The notes under the pieces: model-generated
The model's input: the letters and a program-made list of their open reading frames with translations, nothing else
What the model was told of the DNA's origin: nothing
Database searches by the model: none
Source: an uncultured Alphaproteobacteria bacterium
Lineage (GTDB): Bacteria; Pseudomonadota; Alphaproteobacteria; Rhizobiales; Afifellaceae
Direction of reading: 5' to 3'
Length of the DNA: 64,000 bases
Assembly (NCBI GenBank): GCA_963846475.1
Contig: CAWJVZ010000004.1
Coordinates: forward strand, 1,917,453 to 1,981,452
Part shown: positions 43,978 through 52,617 of the stretch, in pieces
Numbering within the stretch: position 1 is the first letter of the stretch
How the letters are laid out: each line of letters opens with the position of its first letter
Translations under genes and position numbers: made by a program

Positions 43978-45846
43978 GTGTCCCCGATCATGCTGCCTTA
44001 TTCCCAGGCCCTGCGCAGATTTGGCCGCTTCTTCCGCATGCCTCCGGGCATCACGGCGAGGCGCGAGTTCGAACGACAAGGACGTGATTATCTGCAGGTT
44101 TCTCAACAGCTTACGGAGAGCCCGCCACCCGTTGTGGCGATCGTTTGCCGGACGGCGGAGGGGCTGGAGGGGCGACTTGAGGCTATTTCGCGGCATGCAA
44201 TCGTGCCCTGCGAGCTGGTCCTCCTCGCGTCTCGAAGCTCCGGGGCTAAGCTGCGGATCTCGCTGGAGAAATTCGCAGGAGCGGCGAATGCCCGGGTGAT
44301 CTGGACGGACGGCCCGATAGAAACGCTCCGGGACGTCCTGGCTGCGCGCGCGGTGCTCGCACCCGGTGCCGACGCGGTCGTGCTCGGCAGCATGGCGCAC
44401 GCAGGCCCGCGCTGGCTGCAAAAACTGCGGCTGGCAGCCTATTCAGGCGAGGAAGCTCAGGAGGTCAGCCGGATCGACGAGCATTCCTGCGTGTACGTCA
44501 GGCACGACCAAATCGCTCGCTCGACCGCTTCTTCGCCGGCAAACCTGCCGATCAGCGCGACCAAAGCGCGATTAGCGGACGAACAACGGACGCGCGCGCT
44601 GTTCGTCGTCTCGACGCAGACCGGCGGCACGCCGCAGACCAATCAGGATCTGATGGGGGCGCTCGCCGGCCGCACCGATTGCTACCTGCTGCGTTGCGAC
44701 TCCAAGGGGGTGTCGCTGCTCCGCTGGACCGGCGAGGCGCCAGAACTCCTCCACCACGTTCGCTTGCCGAAGCGGCTGGAACCGTTCCCGCATGTCGACG
44801 AGAGCTACGACCGGGTGGTCGCCGGCTGGCTCGCCGAATACCAGTTCGACATCGTCCATATCCGCCACCTGGTCTGGCACAGCCTGTCCCTGCCGCGGCT
44901 CGCCAAGGCCTTCGGTATCCCGGTGGTCTTCTCCTTCCACGATTTCTATACGGTCTGCCCGACCATCCGGCTGACCGACGAGAACGACGTCTTCTGCGGC
45001 GGCACCTGCACCGCCACGACGGGCCAGTGCAAGCATGAGCTGTGGAAGACCAAAAAATTTCCGCCGCTGAAGAACGCCGCCGTCCACCGCTGGCGGGAGG
45101 CGATGGCGCCGATGCTCGCCGCCTGCGATGCCTTCGTGACGACCTCGCCGAGCACGCGCGACCTCATCCAGCGTTTTTTTCCGGTCACCCGGCAGAAGCC
45201 TTTCCCGATCATCGGGCACGGCAGGGATTTCGAGAAATTCGAGCGGGTCGGGCGCTTCCCGAAGGCGGGCGAGAAGGTGCGGGTTCTGGTCCCCGGCAAC
45301 ATCTCTGCCACCAAGGGGGCGCGGATCCTCGAAAAGCTGCAGGCGCTGAACGGCGACGGCCGCTTCGAATTCCACCTGATCGGCCAATATGCCGCCGCGC
45401 TGAAGGGCACGCCCAACCTGGTTTTCCACGGGCCTTACGACCGCAGGAATTTCGGCGAGCGGGTGACAAGAATCGCGCCGCATTTCGGCGTCGTCCTGTC
45501 GATCTGGCCGGAGACGTTCTGCCACACGCTGACGGAGATGTGGGCTTCCGGGCTGCCGGTCGCCGGCTTCGACCTCGGGGCGGTCGGCGAACGCATCCGC
45601 CGGCACGGCGGCGGCTGGCTGATCAGCCCGGTGACGGCCGAGGCGGCCTTCTCGGCACTGCAGGCGATCGTCTCGGACCGCGCCGCCTTCGAGCAAAGGC
45701 TCGCCGAGGTCGCCGCGTGGCAGGAGGGTCCCGGAGCTGCGGAAAACTGCGCCTGGATGGCCGATGCCTACGACGAGCTCTATCGGTCCTTGCTGAGCGG
45801 CCCGGTGATTGCGAGCCCGCCGGCCCTGGCCGCGGGCGCGATCTGA
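43978..45846 (+). CDS. two-domain glycosyltransferase (C-terminal GT4/GT-B-like)
   Basis: 622 aa. The central and C-terminal part, LFVVSTQTGGTPQTNQDLM...IPVVFSFHDFYTVCP...VPGNISATKGARIL...WPETFCHTLTEMWASGLPV, is GT-B-like. Confidence 0.7.
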   Translation: MSPIMLPYSQALRRFGRFFRMPPGITARREFERQGRDYLQVSQQLTESPPPVVAIVCRTAEGLEGRLEAISRHAIVPCELVLLASRSSGAKLRISLEKFAGAANARVIWTDGPIETLRDVLAARAVLAPGADAVVLGSMAHAGPRWLQKLRLAAYSGEEAQEVSRIDEHSCVYVRHDQIARSTASSPANLPISATKARLADEQRTRALFVVSTQTGGTPQTNQDLMGALAGRTDCYLLRCDSKGVSLLRWTGEAPELLHHVRLPKRLEPFPHVDESYDRVVAGWLAEYQFDIVHIRHLVWHSLSLPRLAKAFGIPVVFSFHDFYTVCPTIRLTDENDVFCGGTCTATTGQCKHELWKTKKFPPLKNAAVHRWREAMAPMLAACDAFVTTSPSTRDLIQRFFPVTRQKPFPIIGHGRDFEKFERVGRFPKAGEKVRVLVPGNISATKGARILEKLQALNGDGRFEFHLIGQYAAALKGTPNLVFHGPYDRRNFGERVTRIAPHFGVVLSIWPETFCHTLTEMWASGLPVAGFDLGAVGERIRRHGGGWLISPVTAEAAFSALQAIVSDRAAFEQRLAEVAAWQEGPGAAENCAWMADAYDELYRSLLSGPVIASPPALAAGAI

Positions 45847-45859
45847 CGTAAGAGGTTGT

Positions 45860-45880
45860 CCTTCTCCCGTGGGGAGAAGG
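45860..45880. repeat. REP-like palindrome (ccttctccc-gtg-gggagaagg)
   Basis: Perfect 9-bp stem, sited in the gap between the convergent genes. Confidence 0.7.
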
Positions 45881-45953
45881 TGCCCGCGGAGCGGGCGGGC
45901 GTGCGGCGGTGGCCGGTGCGCGCGTTTTCAGGCAGCGGTAGTGTTTCAGATAA

Positions 45954-46919
45954 TCACAGGCGCCGTACGCCCTCACCCGTCGCTTGCGGCGACACCCTCT
46001 CCCCACGGGAGAGGGGATCCTCGCGCAAGGCCCTCAGCGCCTGGCCGAGCGCCTGATGGGCGGGGAGGCCGGTTCGCTCCATCTCGCCGGCGAGCCAGCC
46101 GACATGCACCAGGCGGATTTCGATGGGAATGCTGTGCAGCCCGACGGCCTGGGCGATGGCGGTGCGGTGCTTGCCGCCGAGATGGCGGACGAGCTCGCCG
46201 CCGGCGCCGATCGCCACGCCGATATCGCGCTCGGATCCCTCGAATTTCGGCGGCCGCACGTCGCGGTGGCGGAACCAGCGTTTTCGAAAACTGCGGAACT
46301 CGCGGCGCGGCACGATGCCGTGCTTGCGCATGCTGCGGATGAGGTCGACGCAATAGCGGAAGTAGGCGTCTACCTCGGCCGGGCCGGCGAGCGGCACGCC
46401 GTAGCGCCTGGCCGGGCGGCCGCGCCCGGCCGCCGCCAGCAGCTCCCCGTAGGCCCGGGTTTTGGTGAAATCGAGGTCGGCGGCGACCAGCTCGCTCACC
46501 TCCCGATGCACCGGCGAGCGGGCGAGCGGCCGCACCGCCTTGCTCCAGTCGCCGGTGTCGAGGAACGAGGTGCCGATCCAGTGCGGCCCGCGCTCGTCGC
46601 GGACGAAATCGCTGAGGCGGGCCGTGAGGCGGGCGGGATCGATGTTGAAATTGAGCGCCCGCCCAAAATACCAGCGGGCGTGGTCGGGCAGCACCAGGAC
46701 ATCGTCAGATCCGTCCAGGAGCCGCTCTACCGCCTTATCGAAAATTCTCGGAAACAGCAGCCGGGAGCCGAGGAGGGGGGTGGCGACGCCGGAGAGGCGC
46801 CGCGCGTACAAATCCGGCCGCCGCGGCCGCTCGCGCGGCGACACCCGCACATAGCGCGGGCCCGAATCGCTTGATGTCGGCAGAGGCTGATCCATTCCGT
46901 TCGTTTCGTGCTGAACCAA
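45954..46919 (-). CDS. hypothetical protein
   Basis: 321-aa ORF with normal high GC3 and no family recognised. The last ~20 codons are encoded by the REP-like element, so the true stop or C-terminus is uncertain. Confidence 0.5.
   Translation of the reverse strand: MVQHETNGMDQPLPTSSDSGPRYVRVSPRERPRRPDLYARRLSGVATPLLGSRLLFPRIFDKAVERLLDGSDDVLVLPDHARWYFGRALNFNIDPARLTARLSDFVRDERGPHWIGTSFLDTGDWSKAVRPLARSPVHREVSELVAADLDFTKTRAYGELLAAAGRGRPARRYGVPLAGPAEVDAYFRYCVDLIRSMRKHGIVPRREFRSFRKRWFRHRDVRPPKFEGSERDIGVAIGAGGELVRHLGGKHRTAIAQAVGLHSIPIEIRLVHVGWLAGEMERTGLPAHQALGQALRALREDPLSRGERVSPQATGEGVRRL
45995..46015. repeat. REP-like palindrome (ccctctccc-cac-gggagaggg), second copy
   Basis: Perfect 9-bp stem, the same motif class as 45860-45880 about 135 nt away. 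It lies inside the 3' end of ORF 45954..46919. Confidence 0.7.
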
Positions 46920-47093
46920 GGCGGCGAATTTGCGAAGGGCGCGGGGCCGGCAGGCCGGCAGAGTTCACCCGGGCCGGCGCGGTCGCGCCGAACGCTTCTG
47001 CATGATGGGCCATCAGCCCGCAAGGCGGTTCTCAGGCTGTGCAACACGCTGCGGATGTAGGGGCGATCACAGCCCAAACTTGGACGAGTCTTC

Positions 47094-47525
47094 TCAAAGG
47101 TGCTGAATCTCGACATCCCCCCACTTCTCTTTGAGGTATTCGGCGACAAGACGCCGGTGGCAGTGATGCGGTTTGTCTTCACTACAAAGCAGGCAACCTC
47201 CATCTAGCCGCGAACGATCAATAGCTTCGATTTTGCGCTGCGCCATCAACTCAAGAAACTTCTCGGCGTACGTTGACCAACTGCCATTCGATTTCTTGTA
47301 CTCGTCCAGCATGCCCTGCGTCGGTGCGAGTGCCGGAATATGCTCGTATCCAGCGTTACAAATTGCTTTCATAAAGAATCTAAGGTCGTCCTTTTTGGCG
47401 AAGCCCGCCAGCTGCGAGACGTTGTTTAGGCGCACGTCGATCACCTTGTTGACGTTGGCTTTCGAGAGGCGGGAGAAGAACCCCTCCGCGGATGTTTTGG
47501 TGAAGCCGATGGTGAAGAGCTTCAT
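47094..47525 (-). CDS. DUF488 domain-containing protein (short paralogue)
   Basis: 143 aa. MKLFTIGFTKTSAEGFFSRLSKANVNKVIDVRLNN...CLLCSEDKPHHCHRRLVAEYL is a DUF488 pattern. 4-nt overlap with the upstream gene; low GC. Confidence 0.8.
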   Translation of the reverse strand: MKLFTIGFTKTSAEGFFSRLSKANVNKVIDVRLNNVSQLAGFAKKDDLRFFMKAICNAGYEHIPALAPTQGMLDEYKKSNGSWSTYAEKFLELMAQRKIEAIDRSRLDGGCLLCSEDKPHHCHRRLVAEYLKEKWGDVEIQHL

Positions 47526-48163
47526 TCTGCAGCCCCGGAAACCCTGAGAGGCATAATGCCATTGGAAGTGACGGTGTCGGGCGCTTGTTCCCGATAGGCT
47601 ATGTGTTCGCCCTGACGAGCATATGCGTCTTCAATCACAACTTCTTCAGGGCGGAACATGTCTGAACTAGGGATTTTGAGCATGGCGACGAGGCGTTTCA
47701 GCGCATCCTCGTGCTCTTCAAGCCGACCATCGCCGAGAATATGTTTCACGGCCACGCCTTCTTCCTTCAAGCGGCGGGAGACGAGAATTGTCCGGTGGCA
47801 ATCCAAGGGTTCCTTTTCCGCGCACATCAGAGCAACACGATGGGCAACGGCTCCGATTTTGACGCGCTCAATGCCTTGCTTGAACAAGTCTGTTTGTGCC
47901 AAGAGCCCATACTGCACCTGGCCATTCCGGTAGCACCTTCTGTCTTCCGAGCGTGCGCCCAGTTCCTTTCCGAGGAACACGTATTTCACGCCCGCGGATG
48001 CGAGAGCCTTTCTGAGCGGCTCACGATTGAACTGCGGGTTCATCCGGCTGTAGGGCTTCGATCTGACATCACAGACCGCCGTGATCGAATGTAACCGCAG
48101 CAGCTCGAGGAAGCGTTCAATCGAGTTGGTGGAGTGACCAACTGTGTAAACGGCTTCTGACAT
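47522..48163 (-). CDS. DUF488 domain-containing protein (long paralogue)
   Basis: Met at 48163. VYTVGHSTNSIERFLELLRLHSITAVCDVRSKPYSRMNPQFNREPLRKALASAGVKYVFLGKELG...ALMCAEKEPLDCHR. It has a ~50-aa C-terminal extension. Confidence 0.82.
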   Translation of the reverse strand: MSEAVYTVGHSTNSIERFLELLRLHSITAVCDVRSKPYSRMNPQFNREPLRKALASAGVKYVFLGKELGARSEDRRCYRNGQVQYGLLAQTDLFKQGIERVKIGAVAHRVALMCAEKEPLDCHRTILVSRRLKEEGVAVKHILGDGRLEEHEDALKRLVAMLKIPSSDMFRPEEVVIEDAYARQGEHIAYREQAPDTVTSNGIMPLRVSGAAE

Positions 48164-48165
48164 GG

Positions 48166-48870
48166 TCAGGCCGCCCTCTCGGGCGTTATGACTGCAGCGA
48201 CCAGTTTGGTGGAGAATCCGTTGATTACCTCGGGAAGGCTGACACACAGACGCGAAGCGTCAACGTGGTAGGTTCCGTTATCGCCAGCAAAATACTTCTC
48301 TTCGACCCACGGGTCTGTAACAACGAAATTGTAGCGGTCGCCGTTAAAACTGAAGTTGGCGCGGACCCGTCGCCGGTCGGGTCCAGCGTACTGCGTTTCC
48401 ATCCCGACCACGAGGTCCAATCGGGTCGGCGAAATGAGCAGGAGCGATCCCAGCTGGCTGACGGCGGTCGCCTCCGATACCTTGTCGTGCAATCCATGGT
48501 AACTGGAAGCTTCGTTTGGCCAAAGTGAGCCCGCGACTGTGTCGGTTGCCGCGGCAATTTGCTGCCACGTTGCACGGCCAACCTTTTCCCAATAGTGATC
48601 CGCCCGGATTTGATGGTTTTCCTGATGGTGCGCATTTGGCCGCGGAGCTTGCATCGGGACAGTCACGATGTCCAGGACATCCGCCAAAGTCCCATTTTTA
48701 TACTGACGGTCCTCTTCGGATATAGCGTTGCGGTTTGCAGCGTTGATGGGGCGAATCCAGGCACCAGTAACGCCTCTCGAGACCTCCTTTCCCGCGAAGC
48801 AGCGCCCATCGGGGCGGCGGGAATTGGCAAGGCATAGGATTGTCTTCGCGTAGGGCTCCGGATCTGTCAT
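48166..48870 (-). CDS. hypothetical protein, possibly OB-fold (dual-OB-like); first gene of the DUF488 operon
   Basis: Preferred start is Met 48870 (MTDPEPYAKTILCLANSRRPDGRCFAGKEV...). The stop lies 2 nt before the next start. The OB-like assignment is from memory of similar N-termini and is unverified. Confidence 0.6.
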   Translation of the reverse strand: MTDPEPYAKTILCLANSRRPDGRCFAGKEVSRGVTGAWIRPINAANRNAISEEDRQYKNGTLADVLDIVTVPMQAPRPNAHHQENHQIRADHYWEKVGRATWQQIAAATDTVAGSLWPNEASSYHGLHDKVSEATAVSQLGSLLLISPTRLDLVVGMETQYAGPDRRRVRANFSFNGDRYNFVVTDPWVEEKYFAGDNGTYHVDASRLCVSLPEVINGFSTKLVAAVITPERAA

Positions 48871-49010
48871 GGCCCCAGAAATAGGCAATTGGGGAGTAAG
48901 ATGGAAGGCGCAATGTTGGCGTGCCTGAACCCCGGCGATTTCGGGAGGAATCGTCATTGTGCGCCGGACCATCACCGAGCTATGCGCCGCGACTAAGGCG
49001 AGACCCGCGT

Positions 49011-49886
49011 ATGACCGATCCACGGCGCCACCACTACGTGCCGCAGTTTCACCAGCGGCGCTTCGCAGACACCCATGGCCGTCTCTGGGTCTGGGACAAG
49101 GTGTCTGACCGAGTGTTTCAAACCAAGCCCGGGTCCGTCGCCGTGGAAGCTGACTTTTATCGGCTACATGATTTCGAGAAGCTTGGACATGATCCGTTCA
49201 CCATGGAAAGGCAGCTTTCCGAGATGGAGGCGCAGATGTCCCTTATTACGGAGCAATGGCTAGGCTGGCTACGGACCATTGAGCCTGGTCAACCGATCGA
49301 GATTCCTGCGCCGAACCGTGAAATCGTCTCGCAGTTCATAGCTGTCCAGTTCCTGCGAACGGCTGACACACGCGACATCCTAAGCGCCATGCATGAAGCC
49401 GATCATCCCGACAAGCGGTTGTCCAAAGAGGAGCGCACGGGATTGCACACGGAATTAATCTGGGATCTCGCCACCGTCGACCGGATCGCTGGACATATCA
49501 GGGAGGCGATCTGGATTTTTGCAAGGAATGAGACATCAACCCCCTTCCTTACATCCGATAATCCGGTTGCCTTCCGGACGAAGGACAATGCCATGTGGCT
49601 TAAGGTTGGATTCGTGACGGAAGGAAGCTATGCGGTTTATCCGCTAGCACCCGACATCATCATGTTTTGTCACGAGCGCGAATACTGGAAAAAGATTGAT
49701 GCGCTGGATGGCTGCCTCTCGCCTGTTTCGCTGGACGATGAAATGGTCGAAAGCGAGAATTCCGGACAGGTATTTATGGCCAGCCGCTTTGTCATTTCAC
49801 CGGTCGACGACTTCGCATTCGCACGAGAATTCGCAAAGACGATCGGAACGGATACGTACGCAAAACGCGGAGCAGAACTTCAATAA
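49011..49886 (+). CDS. DUF4238 domain-containing protein
   Basis: Met at 49011. The N-terminal HHYVPQFHQRRF is the DUF4238 hallmark. 291 aa, low GC, divergent from the DUF488 operon. Confidence 0.82.
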   Translation: MTDPRRHHYVPQFHQRRFADTHGRLWVWDKVSDRVFQTKPGSVAVEADFYRLHDFEKLGHDPFTMERQLSEMEAQMSLITEQWLGWLRTIEPGQPIEIPAPNREIVSQFIAVQFLRTADTRDILSAMHEADHPDKRLSKEERTGLHTELIWDLATVDRIAGHIREAIWIFARNETSTPFLTSDNPVAFRTKDNAMWLKVGFVTEGSYAVYPLAPDIIMFCHEREYWKKIDALDGCLSPVSLDDEMVESENSGQVFMASRFVISPVDDFAFAREFAKTIGTDTYAKRGAELQ

Positions 49887-49895
49887 AGCCGCTCT

Positions 49896-49960
49896 TCAGC
49901 GCGCCAGGCGCTCGCCGCCGGACAGAAGCATGCCGAGGATCACCGCGCCATAGGTCTCCC
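49896..49960 (-). pseudogene. 3'-terminal remnant of a sugar-ABC permease gene
   Basis: Encodes ...YGAVILGMLLSGGERLAR-stop. Compare the intact permease end ...YGAVIIGMLLLYGRERLSR-stop at 56842-56905; the similarity is also visible at nucleotide level. Confidence 0.6.
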
Positions 49961-49986
49961 TCCACCCAGCCCGCGCATAACGGGAA

Positions 49987-50335
49987 TCATCGAAGCAATA
50001 TCCGGAACGCGGGCAACGCAGGCGCGAAGCACCCCCCAGGTTTAACCCTGCATGGCGCGACGTTCTGCGAGGCCGCGGCGGGAGCCTGGCTCGCCCGGAT
50101 GATGCGGGCGAGAGCTTGCTGGTCGAAGGGCTTCTTGACGCGGCAGAGATCGTGGAGGGCGCCCTCCGGCAGCTCGGCATAGCCGGTGGCCAGAACGACC
50201 GGGAGCCCAGGCCATGTCTGCCTGATGGCGCTGGCGAGCTGCAGGCCGGTCATGCCCGGCATGGCCTGGTCGGTGATGACAAGGTCGACCCGCCGTCCAT
50301 CCATGAGAAGGTCCAGCGCCTGCCGGCAGCGCCTC
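49987..50335 (-). pseudogene. truncated response-regulator receiver domain fragment
   Basis: QALDLLMDGRRVDLVITDQAMPGMTGLQLASAIRQTWPGLPVVLATGYAELPEG...KKPFDQQAL. The N-terminal acidic-pocket strand is lacking, and the fragment abuts the yidB-like stop. Confidence 0.65.
50046..50254. repeat. copy A of a ~210-220 nt duplicated receiver-domain segment
   Basis: Aligns with 52622-52840 in the same orientation, including a 53-nt identical run (cggcagagatcgtggagggcgccctccggcagctcggcatagccggtggccag). Confidence 0.85.
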
Positions 50336-50375
50336 TCCGACCGCCCTTCCCTTCGGCGCCGGCTCGGCAGGATCG

Positions 50376-51002
50376 TCAGAGCCAGCGCGCCTGCTCTTCC
50401 TCGGTCGGCAGGCGGCCTTCCGGCGTGAGCCGGTCCACAGTGTCGGGAAGTTCGCGGCTCAGCTCGGAGAGAACCTCGTCATAAGGTTTGCCCGTCTCCG
50501 CCGAGAGCTCTTCCAGCGTGTCGCGGCCGAGCGCCAGCTCCAGCTGATCGGGGGAGACCGGCTTGTTCTGCCCGGTGCGGACCCACGAGTTCGCCGCCTC
50601 GGCATGGCCGCTCTGCTGCATCTTGGCGATGATTTCGCTCAGCCCGGCGCCGAGGAAGCCGCCGCCCGCCGCGCCGCCGAGCAACCCGCCGAGGCCGCCG
50701 CCGCGCAGGAGATCGCCCAATCCGCCGCCCGACGCACCGGCGCGGCCGGGCTGCTGGCCGCCGAAGATGCCACCGAGAAGGCCGCCTAGCCCGCCGCTAT
50801 CGGGCTCGGCGCCGCGGAAGCCGCCGCCTGCGTCCGGGGCGCCGGAGCCCGGGCCGCTTCGTCCCATCATGTCGGCCAGACGTCCCTTGCCGTGGTAGGT
50901 GCGGTAGGCGAGGAGCGCCATGAGGGCGAGAGTCATGGCGGACGGCCCGCCGCCGCGGCCGCCGCGCCGGCCGCCGCCCAGCATGTTGTCGAGCAAGCCC
51001 AT
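50376..51002 (-). CDS. YidB family (DUF937) protein, Gly-rich
   Basis: MGLLDNMLGG... Gly-rich linker. C-terminus: SWVRTGQNKPVSPDQLELALGRDTLEELSAETGKPYDEVLSELSRELPDTVDRLTPEG. Confidence 0.8.
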   Translation of the reverse strand: MGLLDNMLGGGRRGGRGGGPSAMTLALMALLAYRTYHGKGRLADMMGRSGPGSGAPDAGGGFRGAEPDSGGLGGLLGGIFGGQQPGRAGASGGGLGDLLRGGGLGGLLGGAAGGGFLGAGLSEIIAKMQQSGHAEAANSWVRTGQNKPVSPDQLELALGRDTLEELSAETGKPYDEVLSELSRELPDTVDRLTPEGRLPTEEEQARWL

Positions 51003-51242
51003 GAAGAATCCTCCCGTCGATCCGGGCTACAACCGGAGCGGAGGAAGAAGGTTGCCTGGCGCCCCCGAGACTGGTCGCAATGCCGTCGCGCTGAACAGCC
51101 AAAGCAGGAGTGCAGCACAATACTTGCCATGGCAAGTTTCGGCTGCCTTCACAATAAAATCCGGCTGCCCTTCACAATACGATAGAGCGCCGGAACATAG
51201 CGTCCGCGCAGTCGTTGTGGCGACTTCGAAGGTCGGAACCCT

Positions 51243-52523
51243 ATGATCCGGGACAGTGGAGGAGCGGCGCCTGCCGCCGGGCCTGACGACAAGATCGTGC
51301 CTCTTCTTCAGGAAGAGATGCAGATCGAGAAGCGGCAGGTCGCGACCGGCAAGGTGCGCATCCGCACCATCGTCGACTCTGTCGAGGAGATCGCTGCGGC
51401 GACGCTCAGCGAGGAGCAGGTGAGCGTGACCCGCGTCCCGGTTGGACGGGTGGTTACGGAAGTCCCCGCGGTGCGGACGGAGAACGGCGTCACCATCGTG
51501 CCGGTGCTGGAGGAAGTTCTGGTCGTCGAGAAGCAGCTCGTTCTCCGGGAGGAGCTGCACATCCGCCGCGACGTCACGACCGAAACGGTCGAAATGCCCG
51601 TCACCCTGCGGCGGCAGCGCGCCGTCGTGGAGCGGATCGAGACGCCCGGCCATCCACCCGAAGACGAGGAGTTCTTGAGAATGAGCTATGAAGCAAGCAC
51701 CGGCACGGCCGGCTACGGCAACTCCACCATCACCGCCTTCTTCGACGACCGCAGCGAAGCCGACCGCGCCGTGGAGCGGCTGGTCGCCGCCGGCATTCCG
51801 CGCGGCCAGATCCGGCTCGTCGCCGGCGATGGCGGATCGTCCACGACCGCCGCGCAGGGCAGCACGAGCGGCGGCGGGTTCTGGGAGACGCTCTCCGACC
51901 TCTTCATGCCGGACGAGGACCGCTACACCTACGCCGAGGGGCTCCGCCGCGGCGGCTACCTGGTCAGTGTGACGGCCGGCGCTGCGGATTACGACCGGGC
52001 GCTCGACATCCTGGACGACGAGGGCACGATCGATATCGGCGAGCGCGAGCAGTCGTGGCGGGCGGAAGGCTGGAGCGGCTATTCCGGCGCGAGCGGCTCG
52101 AGCGCCTACGCCGGCAGGACCGGCGACGAAGAGGTCATCCCGGTCGCCGAGGAGGAGCTGCGCGTCGGCAAGCGCGACGTGAGCCACGGACGCGTCCGGG
52201 TGCGCAGCTACGTGGTCGAGACGCCGGTCAGCGAGCAGGTCAACCTCCGCGAGGAGAACGTCACCGTGCAGCGCCGGGCGGTCGACCGGCCGCTCACGGC
52301 GGGCGACCGCCTGTTCGAGGACCGCACCATCGAAGTGGAGGAGCGGGCCGAAGAGGCGGTGGTGGCCAAGGAGGCCCGCGTACGCGAGGAGCTGGTGGTC
52401 AAGAAAGAGGTCGGCGAGCGCACCGAGACGATCTCCGACACGGTGCGCCACACGGAAGTGGACATCGAGGACGAGCGCGGCACGACGCGTACGGGTGTTT
52501 CGCGCGACCGCTCGCGCATCTGA
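51243..52523 (+). CDS. YsnF/AvaK (DUF2382) domain-containing stress-response protein
   Basis: 426 aa with DUF2382-like modules at both ends (VPLLQEEMQIEKRQVATGKVRIR...; IPVAEEELRVGKRDVSHGRVRVRSYVVETPV...EELVVKKEV). Confidence 0.8.
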   Translation: MIRDSGGAAPAAGPDDKIVPLLQEEMQIEKRQVATGKVRIRTIVDSVEEIAAATLSEEQVSVTRVPVGRVVTEVPAVRTENGVTIVPVLEEVLVVEKQLVLREELHIRRDVTTETVEMPVTLRRQRAVVERIETPGHPPEDEEFLRMSYEASTGTAGYGNSTITAFFDDRSEADRAVERLVAAGIPRGQIRLVAGDGGSSTTAAQGSTSGGGFWETLSDLFMPDEDRYTYAEGLRRGGYLVSVTAGAADYDRALDILDDEGTIDIGEREQSWRAEGWSGYSGASGSSAYAGRTGDEEVIPVAEEELRVGKRDVSHGRVRVRSYVVETPVSEQVNLREENVTVQRRAVDRPLTAGDRLFEDRTIEVEERAEEAVVAKEARVREELVVKKEVGERTETISDTVRHTEVDIEDERGTTRTGVSRDRSRI

Positions 52524-52536
52524 GACGAAGCCCCCG

Positions 52537-52570
52537 GGAGGGCGCGGATCGGCCCGCCCTCCTGAGGTTT
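52537..52570. terminator. hairpin between convergent genes (weak terminator candidate)
   Basis: ggagggcg-N10-cgccctcc, followed by tgaggttt. Confidence 0.35.
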
Positions 52571-52617
52571 GACAGATCACGACTAAGCAGCTGCTTGGCT
52601 TAGCTGGCGGCGCTTGC

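Noticed and set aside
51243-52523. Splitting the YsnF-like ORF into two genes at the internal Met (RMSYEASTG...)
   Set aside because: There is no stop codon between the first DUF2382 module and the rest, and no RBS-like sequence stands out before the internal ATG. It is kept as a single 426-aa ORF, although an internal start cannot be excluded.
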